From Isurus oxyrinchus (taxonomy: Eukaryota), in assembly GCA_026770705.1 (NCBI GenBank), contig JANJGN010000192.1:62001-126000 (forward strand): a stretch of DNA of 64,000 nt, read 5' to 3'. The position numbers and the translations under genes are program-made. Shown piece after piece: positions 1-12,589 of this stretch. Each line of letters begins with the position of its first letter. The stretch's first letter is position 1. The notes beneath the pieces were generated by a model that saw nothing but the letters and a program-made list of their open reading frames with translations, did not search any database and was not told the DNA's origin.

Positions 1-930
1 TGCTGACCAGCCCTGACTAGTCCATGTCCTTCCAATTGACAAATAATCCTCAGGATTGATTCCACTAATTTGCTCACCACTGATGTATGACTAACGGCCC
101 ACAATTGTTTGGACGTTCCTTTGATAGCTTTTCAAACAATGGAACTCCATTTGCAATTCTCCACTCCTCCGATACCTCCCCTGTATATTTTGCAGATTGG
201 AAAATCATCCTCAGAGCGTCTGCTATCTCCTCTCTGACTTCCTTTAGCAGCCTTGGAAACAATCCATCTGGCCCTGTTGGCTTATCATATTTCAAGGATT
301 TCAACCCTCCTAGTACTTCCTCATCTTTATGACTATCCAGTTCAATATCTCGCAGTATTCCTCCTGGACTACTTTATCTAAATCCTCCCTTACATTTGTA
401 AACACGGAAACAAAATATTAATTCAAAACACTTCCCACAGCCTCTGCATCTACGCACAAGTTTACATCTTAATGTCTGATAGATCCCAATATCTCCTTAA
501 ATAACATTTATATTTAACTTATTGGTATATTATCTTTGGGTAATCTTGAACTTTACTTGTTAATCTTTCTTCATGTCTTCCCTTTGATTTTCGTATTTAC
601 TTTTTTACTTCATCCCTGTAATTCCTATATTCGTCTAGACTATCTGGAGTGCTTAGTTCTTTGTGCCAATCCTGGGCTTTCGTTTTCTGTTTGATCTTCC
701 CTTCTATTCCTCTGGACAATCAGGGGGCTCCAGATTTGACAAAACCACTCTTATTTTTGTAGGGTACATGTCTTTTTGTATAATTAGGATCGTGCTTTTT
801 AGTGCTTCCCACTGGTTTCCCACTGTTTTATCCTCCAGCCATGTTGTCCAGTCCACCTGAGCCAAGTCCCTTCTCATCTCTGCAAAAATTGCCTTCTACG
901 AGTTCAAGACTTTTACTCCTGCCTTATCTC
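1..930 (-). mobile_element. CR1-type LINE ORF2 fragment (degenerate)
   Basis: ORF 74..304 reads DKPTGPDGLFPRLLKEVREEIADALRMIFQS...EEWRIANGVPLFEK...NNCGP. This matches the CR1 RT N-terminal region (KSPGPDG...WRxANVxPLFKKG...NYRP). Confidence 0.9.
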
Positions 931-961
931 CGGTTGAATATTCAATGCCATCTGAACGAGA

Positions 962-1150
962 AAAATTAGGGATGGGCAGTAAATGCTGGCCTACCCATCG
1001 ATGCCCACATTGCATGAAAGTATAAAATAGCATACTGAGACTAGTTTCCAATTTCAGTTTCTGTTAATTTAATTTAAATTCCTGCGGCTGTTGTAGTGGG
1101 ATTTCAGCCCATGTCCCCAGGGCATGAGCCTGGGCTTCTGGGTTCTGCCT
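962..1150. mobile_element. SINE/LINE 3' tail (+) abutting a SINE head fragment (-)
   Basis: The tail AATTAGGGATGGGCAGTAAATGCTGGCC...GCCCACAT recurs at about 4200-4260, 5255-5310(-) and 59400-59470(-). Confidence 0.7.
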
Positions 1151-1399
1151 ACCTGGGTTGAGATTTCTGATCTTTGCAATGCAGGTAATTACTGTTCATC
1201 TCGCTAATTACTGAAACATTGTTGTTCTGTGTCAGTTGCCCCCTGTAATAAGATTTGCCTTGGTTTACTCACTAGCCATGGCTGTGTCCCCTATTCAGCT
1301 CCAACGCAGTCAATCTGCTCTAACCTCTGTACCATGATGCAACAATCTTTTGCTGCTCACCCATAACAGACACTGCCTGTTCGTTGAATATTTATTGAC

Positions 1400-2147
1400 A
1401 AAAGAGTGGATTGAAACTCATAAGCAAAACTAAAAATTATCACTCGAATAACTCTTGAAATGGCTAATTAACCTTGCTCCCAATTACATTCCATGTAAGG
1501 GAATGGTAAAAATAATCCATTTAAACTCTTAAGTCTGCCCAACAAGTTAACCTAATATCCCAGACAGTGGAATTCAAAATGTCTCTTTCCAGCTTCCGTT
1601 TCCCTAGACTGCAGGTTTATATACAAATGCTGGGGGCTTCTCACACTTCTGTTCGGTCCTACAATGTATTTTTCCAGACGCAGAGCTTCATTCTGCTTTC
1701 GCCTTTGACCTCCCATTCTAATTTGTAAACTCCATTGCGTCCATGTGTCTTTGTAACTTTACTTTCTCCTAATGCCCCTATTGAATATATTTTCAAGTTG
1801 CCACTATATGTTGTCAATAACCCTTGAGACAAATAAACAGACACCTTGGCTATCTTGTCTGGCTCTTTGTATACAGACAGCGATCCCTTTGGAAACTAAT
1901 TTCCAACAGCAGCTATATATCACTGCAAATTTACTTTACCCCTTATGTGCTATGCCCCCAAACACGTTTACTGCTTAGCATGTGAGAAACACGTCTACAC
2001 CATACAAGTGTTTATACCTTCAAATTGCATGTCTGCTTGACTACAAAATGTAATTAATTTGAACACAGAGACAGAAAATGCAGCAACTCCGGAAACCTAA
2101 TTTTGGATAAAAAAAAATAGAAAATTATGAAGAAAATAATTCCATGA
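1400..2147 (-). mobile_element. LTR-like repeat (probable Gypsy solo LTR)
   Basis: The reverse complement resembles 57822-58746 and 28848-29520 (CATGAA..TATTTT start, internal A(C)AAGATA.CCAAGG-like motif). No coding signal. Confidence 0.4.
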
Positions 2148-3884
2148 GTTATCTGATTGGTGACATGGGGCATGAACTGTCACCCTATCATTTCTGAGGC
2201 AATACCGAGGCCTCTGGCCTGTGTATAAGCAAACATTTTCTCATACGGCACACAATAAGGACCACCCTTCTCACCTACAATACATCTCACGAGATTGATG
2301 ATAGGGATAGGATTAATACCACACATCTTGACCCTTTACAGACTACACCCTTATACCTGGATGGCAGACCGATGAAGATGCCTGTAGTTCCAGGGAGAAA
2401 CAGCAACCTGCTTCACGGAGCATGGCCTGGATATCCAGCTGACAGAGGTAGAAACATAGCAGGAGATCCTGTTCCCTGAATGTTCCAGACTCCCTTCATA
2501 GTCCCAGGAGGCAGCTGCACTCTGATTCTTGGAGTAAGGCCTGGACATCCTGCCGACAAGGGTAGACTGACACAGGCACATACTGTTCGCTGAAGGGCGC
2601 AAGTTCCCTCCGGGTTTGAGAGGTGGTGGGGGTGGTGGGTGGGGGTGGTTATTGAAGGAACAGGGTTTTGGAATGGAAGCTCGGGCCGGATTGGTAATAT
2701 GTAACAAGTTATGATTTACTTTAGCCAGGAAGACAGTGATTGGCATAAACCAAAAGCCGAGAGAGCTGTTGAAGGAAGTCACTTAGAAGGAGCATAATCT
2801 GCATGACCTCAACTCATTGCTGCCTTGTGTGTCTTTCAGAAATCCCGGAGCTCCAGACCCACCGCACACTCCCCCATTCCTCCTCTCCACGAGGAGGATG
2901 TAGGCTTGCCCAAGAAAGCACCATCACCGCCATTGCATTTAACAGGCAACAGCCCAGAGATTCGTCTGGCGCTGGGTGCAACTGAAAACATAAGGTGGGG
3001 ACAACAGGGTGATGAGCACAGCATCAGCCATAGGAGGAGGTATCATATTCAGAGATTTCTGATCATTGTTCCCACCGGAGCAGGTAGGGCTGATCCTGGG
3101 GCGCCCCATGGGACAGTGAGAGAAGGCCTCCGGATTCTCAGTTTGGATTCATTATTTGTGAACAGAGGAGTAGATATGATGCCATCGGACACGGTTGCCT
3201 GAAGCATGGAGGCCTCATTGGCTTTGAATTGTGGAGCTCATGGTGATCATGATTTAGATCTTGACTCTAGTATGGGGAGCCCATGACGAGAAACCATGAG
3301 AGATTGGCCAACCTCGTGTTGAGTCAATGCAGCAGGTAAGAGATATCCTGCACTGTGGCACTAGCTCTAGTGCAGTAGTGGTGGTTTATCTCCGGGCCTT
3401 GAACAGGACTAACTCATTGGTGGAAGATCAGTACCTCGAGGGAATCCCAGCAGTGCACCAGATGCCCACCCAATCCAACCAACGGGTCACCATCTCCAAG
3501 GCTGTGCAATCGTAAAAAGTGTCTGAGGGGCAGATGAAATTTGAGGGAATCTCAGTTCCTTCTGATTCCTTTATCCCTCAGATAGAAGCAAAATCTGATA
3601 CCCGGATCCAAGTTCGTGAGCTGTTCCTGCAGAGATGCAGGTAGTGAAATCACACGGAGAGTCCCAACGGTTTCTTGAATGACGAGGCAGACCACCATGA
3701 TCCTCACAATCATATAGCTACAGAGGGGAGCAGCCTGTTTGCACCTCCTCCGAGGGAAAAAGTTGAATAAAACATTAGAAATACCATTAGTGCTGGAAAC
3801 AGCGGTATTTAGAGAACTACTTTGGTCACAGTGGTGTTTAGGTAAACTATGGATTTTCAGAAATACATGTAACATCTATCTGGT

Positions 3885-4265
3885 GAAACCTTGGGGATAT
3901 TGTCACTGAACAAGTAATCCAGGCGTCCACTTCGATGCTCTTGGCCATGGGTTCCAATTCCTCCATGGTAGCTGGTGGAATTTAAACGCTATTATTAAAT
4001 GTGCATTATGAGTGTGGTGTCAGTGATGGTGGCCGTGAGACCATCATCGATCTTTTTATTAAAAAACATTCTGTTTCCCCCGTGTCATTTAGGGAAGGAA
4101 ATTTGCCATCCTTCCCCAGACTGACTCTAGGACTACTGCAATGTGGTAGACTTTTAATTGCCTTCTGAAATGGCACAGCAATGAAACCATTCAAGGATGA
4201 TTACAGATTGTCAACGAATACTGGCCTTGCAAGTGACACGCTCATATCCCATGAATAATGAAAAA
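3885..4265 (+). mobile_element. tRNA-derived shark SINE
   Basis: B-box-like GGTTCCAATTCC head, central TTTAGGGAAGGAAATTTGCC core and LINE-shared tail. Related copies lie at 6680-6965(-), 12590-12900(+) and 56100-56320(+). Confidence 0.75.
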
Positions 4266-4559
4266 TATTATGCATGAATAATTCAAAATATTCAAACAAG
4301 ATGTTGAAGACAAGATGTGTTCAGGGGTTACCATATTCCCTCCAACAGCTTGTGTGTCGTATCCAGATTAATTCCCTCATCTGTGACATGATGGATACAA
4401 TGCCCTCTCTTTGATGTTTTGAAAATCCTCCCATCTCTTCCATGCCTTTGCTCATCCCCTTCCATGGCAGCCATCATGTGAAGCGAAGCTGGATTAAACA
4501 TGCTCTGGCCATGATGAACTCCTTCATGGGCTCCTGTGTCCATCACTGGTCACGCCATG

Positions 4560-4800
4560 CCCCTTATCGCCAGGGACTCTCCCGTGGCCTTTCTGCCATA
4601 ATACCAACCTCTTCATTATCCTCCTCATGCTCCTTCAAATTTACCTCCTCATCCTCATTCGAGGCAAGGATCCTTTTCGCGCTCTCCTCCAGCTCCAGCG
4701 GCAGGCTCCTTCATAATTCCAAGTTGCGGAGCATGCCGCAATGTACAATCATATGCCAACCCTGGAAGCTATGGGTTGTAGAGACCTATCTGAGAGGTTG
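4560..4800 (-). mobile_element. Harbinger (HARBI1-like) transposase C-terminal remnant
   Basis: Minus strand reads MIVHCGMLRNLEL*RSLPLELEES followed by an acidic tail. This resembles the Harbinger IVxxCCxLHNxxxxRG motif. Confidence 0.65.
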
Positions 4801-5252
4801 AAGTATCTGAACTACATTTTGAACCAATGTCGGGTTCAATAGGTTATTTGTTTATGCTTTAACACTAACAGGTGGATCCTGGGCATTCATTGGTGAAACT
4901 TAATTGAAGCACATTTCCAAAAAGCGAAAAGAAATAAGGAGGACGTACCTAAAATTAGCCATGTAGACCTGTGTTGAGTGCAATGTCCAAATTAGACATG
5001 ATTCAATTTCTAAGTTCGAAGCTGAAAAAGTTCATCATTCTCGACAGAATAAAGAAATTAAGTATTTGGGTAAATTCCAAATATATTCAATAGATGTTAT
5101 TCAATTTATCTTACAAACTAAACATTCTGCATTTTTGACTGAATCTCTGGAGTGATCACTTCTGTATTTTCACCATTCACCCATCAACAGATTGTTATAG
5201 AGAACACGTCTTTTCTTCTGGTAACGCTGCCTACTGAAATTATTTCCTGTTG

Positions 5253-6665
5253 TTCATTCATGGGATGCGGGCTTTGCTGGCTGGGCTAGTATTCATTGCC
5301 CATACCTAGTTCCCATTGAAAAGGTGGTAGTGAACTGCCATCTTGAACTGCTGAGTTCCATGTGGTGTAGGTGCACCTAGAGTGCTGTTAAGAAGGGAGT
5401 TCCAGGACTCTGACCCAGCGACATTGTGGAACAGCGATATATTCTGAAGTCAGGGTACTGATAGACTTGGAGGAGAACATCCAGTTGGTGGTGTTCGTAA
5501 CTATCTGCTCTCCTTCACTTTCTCGATTGCACTCATCGTAGGTTTTGAAGATGCTGTCGAAATAGCATTGGTGAATGCTTGGTTTCTATCTTGGAAATGA
5601 TACAACTGCTGCTATGGTGCGTCGCTGGTGGAGGGAGCGAATGTTTTTGTGTGTGGTGCTAATCAACTAGTCTTCTTTGTTCTCCATTGTGTCAAGCTTC
5701 TTGAGTATTGTGGGAACTGCACTCATCCAGGCAAGTGGGGAGTATTCAATCACACTCCTGACTTGCACTTTGTAGACGGTGGACAAACTTTGGGGAGTCA
5801 GGAAGTGAGTTACTCACCACAGGATTTCCAGCCTCTGACCTGCTCTTGCAGACAAATTATTTATGTCACTGGTCCATTTCAGTTTCAAGTCAGTGGGACC
5901 CAAGAGATTCATAATGTTGCATTGAGTGCAAACAATGCTATTAAAATCTACAAGCGATTTTTAAGTTCACATTTGAGGCTGATTTTCATTGCCGTTTGCT
6001 TGTATGCAGTGAGTGTTACTTGCCACTTTTCAGCCCGAGCCTGGATATTGTCCAGCTCTTTTTGCAGTTCGATATGGACTGCTTCAGTATCCGTGGAGAC
6101 GCGAATCGTGCTGAACATTGTGAAATCAACAACGAACATTCCTACTTCCGACCATGTGACGGAAGGAAGACTTTTCATTGATAAGTTGAAGATGGTTGGG
6201 CCGAGGTCAATTCACTGAGGAAGAACTGCAGTTATGACTTGGAGTTGAGATGACTGACCTCCAACAACCAAAACCATTTTACTTGTGCTAGGTATGACAC
6301 CCACCAGCGTCTATACCGCCCATCCCACCCCCACGCCAACCCACCCCCATTGACGCCAGCTTTGCTAGTGCTTCTTGATGCCAGACTCTGTCAAATGTGG
6401 CCTTGCTGTCAAGAGTCATCAGCCTTACATCATGTCGGCATTGAAGAATTTTTGTCCATGGTTCAACCAAGACTGAAATGAGGTCAAACGAGTGGCCCTG
6501 GCTGAAACCAAACTAAGCGTCATTGAGCTGTTTCTAACTATGCCTGTGCCGCTTGATTGATTTTTGATGAACCAGTAATTCCCGGCTTGTATTCCTCCTG
6601 TTTATTTTTGTACAGAACATAGCTGGGCAATTTTCCACATTGAAGGGTGTTGTACTTGCCCTGGA
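5253..6665 (-). mobile_element. CR1-type LINE 3' half with RT
   Basis: ORFs 5948..6178 (SEVGMFVVDFTMFSTIR...LDNIQARAEKWQV) and 6288..6470 (LDSKATFDRVWHQEALAKL) are RT-like. The 3' tail lies at about 5255. Confidence 0.9.
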
Positions 6666-6679
6666 ACAGCATTTATTTC

Positions 6680-6965
6680 TGCTTTCATGGCATGTGGGTG
6701 CCACTGGCCAGGCATTTAATGCACATTCATAATTTGCCCATTAGTGTAATTTCAGAAAGTATTCAAGATTAAATCACATTGCTCTGAGTCTGGAGTCCCA
6801 TGTAGGCCAGACCAAATAAGGGGCGGGGTATATTTCATTCCGTAAAGGACATTGATGAACGAGATGGATTTTATGGCAATTAGCAATTGCTTCACTGGAT
6901 TTGAATCTGTGTAACCAGAGCATTAGCCTTCAATTAAGAGAGCAGCGACATTTGCATTACACCAC
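6680..6965 (-). mobile_element. tRNA-derived SINE (degenerate)
   Basis: Reverse complement of the SINE family seen at 3885-4265. Confidence 0.6.
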
Positions 6966-7289
6966 CACCACTCCCAACCACTGGGTTCTTGACAAAAACC
7001 AGCCTAGAAAAAGGAGCAGCTAAGGGAAGCCGAACTGATGTTTTGTGCAGGGAGTTCAAATGGCCTAGCTCTCAGACATAGCAAGCTGACCTAAGGGAGG
7101 GATACAGGTTTGAGAGGCGAGGGAAATTCTTAAATGGGGCTACGCCTTCAGGGTGATGCATCTGAGGTGCGCCATACCCCCATTATGGATATAAGCCTGG
7201 CTAATTTTCTGTTCGCACAAAGATATGGATGTAAGTAATTTGTAGAGAGAACATGAAGAATTTACAAAAAAAAAAATCAAAGTGAATCT

Positions 7290-7940
7290 GAGATCGGGAA
7301 AAAACTCTGGAAAAAGGCAAAGATCTGGAAAATGGAGTATAAGGTGGTAAACTTTGAAATTCCCCATTTTGGCAGGAAGAATAGAGAGGAGACATTTTAT
7401 CGAAATTGTGAGATTTTTCGGAGCTCTGAGATGCAAAAGGATTGGCGGCTCTTAGTGCATGAATCACAAGATGCTAGTATGCAGCTACAGCAATTATTTA
7501 AGAAAGCTACTAGAATGTTGTTATTTATTACGACGGGGATGGAATAAAAACGTTGATAGGCTATTTTTCAGCTGCGCAGAACACAACTGAAAAAAAACAT
7601 CTGGAGTATTGTGTACAATTTTGGTCACCTTAGTTAAGGGGAGATGTAAATGTGTTGGACGCAATTCAGAGAACTTTTCCCAGATAAGACCTGAAATGGG
7701 CAGGTTATCTTATAAATACAATTTGGGAATGTATCCGCTTGAGTTTAGAAGAGTATGACGCGTCTTGATTGAAATATATATAATCCTGAGGGAAGTCTAC
7801 AGAATGAAATTGGAGGGGATGTTTGTTCTTGTGTGAGAAACTAGAACTTGGTTTCAATGTTTAAAAATAAGGTGTCGCATATTTATAATAGAGATGAGGC
7901 CATTTTTTTCTCGCAGGGGGTCGTGAGGCTTTTTAACCCC
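7290..7940 (+). mobile_element. CR1 LINE ORF2 C-terminal fragment
   Basis: Degenerate HFGRKN, LVHESQ and LEYCVQFWSP motifs. Confidence 0.8.
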
Positions 7941-7944
7941 CACC

Positions 7945-8800
7945 TTTGTCCTCATAATGGAGATGATATGAAGAGTGCAGCCGAACTCCATTAACTTCAG
8001 TATCTGCTCCAGCGTGCACTGGAGTGGGCAGTGGGTGGAGGGGGGGGGGGGGGGGGGGGGCGGGGTGGTGGTGACACTCGGTGGTTCAGGAATCAGAAGC
8101 ATTGATTCATCACACTGATAGTTGTTATCTCTAGACATGTGTTATTTTCAGATTGTTGCTTTGGCAATGTCGATTGATGAGGGTGTAGGTGTTTTGAATT
8201 ACGTTCCGAGGTGGCAGAATTCATCTCCGAGAAGCTACGATTCAGTTAAGATCAGAAGATGGAGGGAATGACTGAATGGTTCAGAATGGGGGTTTCGGGG
8301 CTATTGTTGCTTTAGCGAACATTCACCAACATGTACTCTGCATGGGAACACAGGAATTGTACGTTAATGGGGTAAGAGTTTTTGCTGTTCCTGTATGTCT
8401 CCAATTTGGCAAGGGGACTCTGCAGAGCATTATTCAGCATCGGGATCCTGCTATGCTGGGAAAACCATGGAAATTATAATTCTGCTTCTCCGTGTTGAGT
8501 GAAAAAAAAACTACGTATTCATCTCACCTCGCATGGATGGTCTTCGTCACCTGCTGGGCAGATCGATTGAGATCACTTGCAGTTAATTTCCCAATCCATC
8601 GAAGTTCAATGAAGCTGTGACGTTAACGGCATTTCACAGCACCTTCCTCACCCTGGTATGAGGTTTGCACTTCTATTTAAGAGGATGGAAAAGCTCCTTG
8701 AAAACTTCCTTGTTGAGTCAGGTTTCCCTCACGCTTTTCTCCTGTGTTAGGTGGAGGTTGGTAAAGTGTTCTTGAAAAACTGGGGTTAGATGGGCACAAC
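7945..8800 (-). mobile_element. Harbinger (HARBI1-like) transposase pseudogene, near full length
   Basis: Ordered minus-strand motifs with stops and frameshifts: VFQEHFTNLHLTQEKSVR, AVNVTASLNF, GFPSIAG, YRNSKNSYPINVQFLCSH, LLGDE, LQCTLEQ...CTLH. These parallel the Harbinger AVKVTxALNF, YRNRKGxHSLNVQxVCD, LLGDxGY and CCxLHN motifs. Confidence 0.8.
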
Positions 8801-8959
8801 CGCCCCCTCCTCCATTTTTTACAGCATTTCCCCTCTCCATTTGTTGGTCATGTTGCAGTCTCAGGTGCCCTTTAACTACTATCCCCTTAGCTCTTCCAAA
8901 GTTCGCTTGGCAAACACATTGTTCTTCCATGACGTACGCAGCAGCTCACTACAGAGTGA

Positions 8960-9300
8960 GCTAGAGAAAACCATCAATAACACTTCCATGATATTTTCAA
9001 TTAAAAAATTCGGTCAAACCCCCCACAGCTGTAGGTTTTGTGCCTCGTCCTTTAAGATAGCACTAGTGCTGGTTCACTGTGTTGCAGGAAAAATGTTCAG
9101 CTGAGAGTGAATAACGCAGACATTCAATGGCCAGGTACAATCCAAGATCCATGTATCAAAGCTGCTGAAACCGTCTGTCCAACATGGAGCACCATTTGGG
9201 AGATGCTGGGAAGTCAATCACAGCGCATCCCGCAGCATTTAATTGTTTGAGCTTCAGAAATCTGGCACAAGTGACTGTGACCATCTACAAAGACCAGAAT
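8960..9300 (+). mobile_element. possible hAT transposase remnant
   Basis: TINNTSMIFSIKKFG..H and the frameshifted LLKPSV/TWSTIWEML weakly resemble hAT TDNAxNM..CxxH and TRWxS motifs. Confidence 0.3.
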
Positions 9301-9329
9301 CATGGCCATGGGGAGATATAGCGTGAATT

Positions 9330-9860
9330 ATAATCATGTTGAAATTATATTGACTCTAACTTCAGCTGAGCAATTTGCAAGAATATGCAAAACTAACAGA
9401 GGGATTTCTTTAGTCACAGGAGTTAGGCATGGAGTGATCATATCATAAGAATGAGAATATTATTAGTGAGGTGATACGAGACCAGGAAGCAAAGTAAGTC
9501 AGTGAGAACAGAAGTGCTGGGTGAAACGGATATGGTGTGATTTAGGATATACAAAAGGTAATTTGGTTTTGTTAGGTCATATGAAGGGTTGTAAGTGGGA
9601 GGATAACACAGGGATAGTCGATTCTGGCTTCAGACGCAGGTGAGGGTTTATTCAGCAGGTGGGCTGAAGCGGAGATGGTGAGAGATTATATTATGGAGAA
9701 GGTAGTGGGAAGGATTGAGAGTGGAGAGAATATGCGGCAACTAATCATCTCAGCGTCAAAGGGATCACACATGCTCTGGACAAGTTGGTTCAGTCTCAGA
9801 TTCAGAGTATAGGGAGCGAAGTTTCTGACTGAAATTGAAGACAATTACCCCATAGTTCCA
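9330..9860 (-). mobile_element. L2-like LINE fragment
   Basis: Purine-rich degenerate sequence typical of the antisense strand of L2 ORF2. Judged by eye. Confidence 0.45.
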
Positions 9861-9933
9861 AAATTCACAATACAAGTACAGCAATCAAATTAAATGTGGT
9901 TTATAGAATAAATAACTTGGCAGAGACATTTAC

Positions 9934-10129
9934 TAGGTACACCAACAAGAGCCAGGATGGGATAATAACCTCCTTGAACAACCCAAAAGAAGTAATAGGT
10001 GCAATTTCCAATTAAAAAAACATCATGATATGTAGAAAGCGAGGAAAGCGCCAAGGATAAACTTCTGTACACTCTTGTAACATTCCAATCTCTTGCTGTA
10101 AGATTCTGATCCATTGTTGGAACATTCAT
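9934..10129 (-). CDS. GPR139-like class A GPCR, coding exon 1 (exon 2 not found in window)
   Basis: Open frame MNVPTMDQNLTARDWNVT...VQGGYYPILALVGVP followed by a phase-1 donor A|GTAAAT. The same YYPILAxxxxP TM1 motif and intron position occur in the paralog at 42477. Confidence 0.75.
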
Positions 10130-10248
10130 ACCTGTTCTTCTCAGATTCTGATCTCCCCTCTCCCTCTCACTGCTGACGCTGATCACTGTTGGTGTTGGAG
10201 GTGATTCTCCGGCTGACGCTATGGGATAATGCATTTAAATATGTCCCT

Positions 10249-10256
10249 TATTTATA
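10249..10256 (-). promoter_or_regulatory. TATA box upstream of GPR139-like exon 1
   Basis: TATAAATA on the minus strand about 120 nt upstream of the ATG at 10129. Confidence 0.5.
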
Positions 10257-10479
10257 GAAGTGGGAAACACCCCAGTGACAGTTAACACCCACGTAGACTT
10301 ATATTACTCACAATCACTGAACAAACAGGTTGAGTTAACTCGTTTCATTCCAGCACGTTTCTATACAACAATAAAGTAGAAAATTTACCCGGTCTGGCTG
10401 GGATGTATGAGGGCAGCTGATGGAAGGAATGATGGAAACAGCGGAGGCACTAGCCATTAAATTTCAATTCTGGGATTGG

Positions 10480-11830
10480 TGCCAGAGGCCCTGATGGGTG
10501 AAAATGTCCCTTGCTGTATATTAAAGGAAATAGGGATTAAGACTGATACAACAGAGCTGTCATAATAATGGCATCAGTGGGGTAATTTCAGCAGACCATA
10601 ATCCTAGCAGAAATACTTGTTTCTTTTTCAGATAAACAGGTTCATAAATGACCAACAACACGAGCATGTGAATCATAAGTCGTAGCTGATAAACATAATA
10701 GATTTTTTTTCCCACAATAACCAGAGGGTTGATCAGTGAAGTTAACATAATTATATCTATATGAACAAAATGTGACCAAGTGCCATTTAAGCGGGTTGCT
10801 ATGAAAACTGTATTTCATAGGTTAAAGGGACAGTGACAGATTGGATACACAATTAGCGTTGAGAGCATTATCAGCGGGAAAAGTTAAGCAGACTGGAGAG
10901 GAATGTAGAGTAGTGTGTTAGCTCTCGGTAAGATAACCACTGCTCTTTATGGTAGACCTAAATATTGTCGGATTCTTTGTGAAAAACATCATTTCAAGAA
11001 CGAGGGGCCACTGTTCTAAAATTAATTGGCACCATTTTCTGACCTTGATAAGGAGGACTTGGTTTCTCTCAGTGTTCGGCGACTTTGGATCTTTGCCTCA
11101 GAAGGCCAATAGCAATGGAGACAGTGATACTGAATCACTTTGAGCCAGATTTTGTTAGGCAAGTGATTCAGATTTTTTCGCAGTTGGATGAGAATGTAGA
11201 ATTCGAAAAACAAGCAGACAAGCCATGATCTTATTGAATAGTGGAGCAGGCTCGAAGAGCCTAATGGCCTAGTATTTTGTATGTCCATAATTGCAGATTA
11301 CAGGGATCCGGAAAGGTAAGCATTCACGTGCATAGTCATAAACTTCAGGACATATACTGAGATTGGCGAAATGGAGAGACACGTGGAATGGAAATTTAAT
11401 TCAGGAGCGTGTGAAGGATACATTTGGGATGAGGAATGAGGAGAGACGTTTTTAACTAAAATCTACAATTTTAAACAGTGTGCAGGAACAGAAAGAACAC
11501 GTGCACATTTCTTTATCACTGTGAGAACAAGTTGATAGGATTGTTAAGAATGCACTGAGGGTGCATTAGTTTATATTAAAAGGCAGAGAGCACAAAAGCA
11601 ATAAGCTATGTTGAAGTTTCATACATCACTGGATATTCATAAGCTCAGGATATGTGCCTAAATCTACTCACTACATATTAGAAAATATTTCAGGGTCTAG
11701 GAGAATTTCAGAGGAGATTCACTGGAACGGTGACAGAGATAAAGATAATTCAGTTCCATGGAGAGACTGGAGAAGCTGGACGTGTCCTACTTAGATCAGG
11801 GGAATTGAATAGAGGTATTAAATTAATGTG
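10480..11830 (+). mobile_element. CR1 LINE fragments (RT and 3' end)
   Basis: Degenerate CR1 ORF2 pieces and the 3'UTR motif CAGCCATGATCTTATTGAAT...GCAGGCTCGAAG.GC..AATGGCCTA at about 11220-11275. Confidence 0.75.
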
Positions 11831-12560
11831 CACCCTGTCCACTCTGAGGGAGTGACTTCCACTATCCTTTGAGAAAGGTAATTCCTCCACATATCTGATT
11901 TAAATCTACCACCCCTTTGCCTTTAACTATGGCCTCTCGATCTGGATTGCTCCACGTCTACTTTGTCTATCCCCTTTAGCATCTTTTATATCTCAATTAG
12001 ATCTTCTATCACTCTTCTAACCTTTAGCGGGTAAGGGCCTAGACTTCTCAATCTATCCTTATTAGAAAAGTTCTGCAACTCTGAAATCAATCTAGTGAAT
12101 CTGCTATGAACCACCTCCAATATAATTATATCGTTCCTCAAATGAGGGGATCTAAACTGTGCACAGTACTCCAGTTGCGGTCAAACCAATGCCTTGCACA
12201 GTTGCAACCATACTTCCATATGTTAATTCTCTACTCCTGTATCAATAAATGTCAAAATTCCCTTTGCCTCCCTTATTATCTGCTGTACCTGCAAAGTACC
12301 TTTCAGCTTTTCATGCATTTGGACACCCAGATCCCTCTGAACTGGCGCATTCTGAAGGTTCTCTCCATTTCAATAATCAGTCGCCTTGTCATTCTTCCGG
12401 CCAAAATGGACAGCCTCACACTTATCAACGTTAAATTCCATCTGCCAAATTTTGGCCGGTTCACCTAAACTGTCCATTTTTTTTTGTAAACTTCATATTT
12501 ATTCATTGCAACATTCTTTCGAACCTTTTCTGGTGTAATCTGAAAATTTGGTTATAGTAC
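11831..12560 (-). mobile_element. CR1 LINE RT fragment
   Basis: Antisense of WQMEFN..KC.AVHFGRKN and LEYCAQF motifs. Confidence 0.8.
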
Positions 12561-12589
12561 TTGAATGCGAGTCATTACCATATGCTCTG

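Noticed and set aside
3390-3580. CUB-domain-like reading (WCTAGIPSRY*SSTNELVLFKA) on the minus strand
   Set aside because: Short resemblance only, with an internal stop, no splice sites and no other CUB motifs.
5628-6218. Longest ORF in the track (196 aa)
   Set aside because: Antisense shadow of the CR1 RT on the minus strand.
6960-7001. ACAAAAACC nonamer as a possible V(D)J RSS
   Set aside because: No CACAGTG heptamer at 12/23 spacing and no V/J segment nearby.
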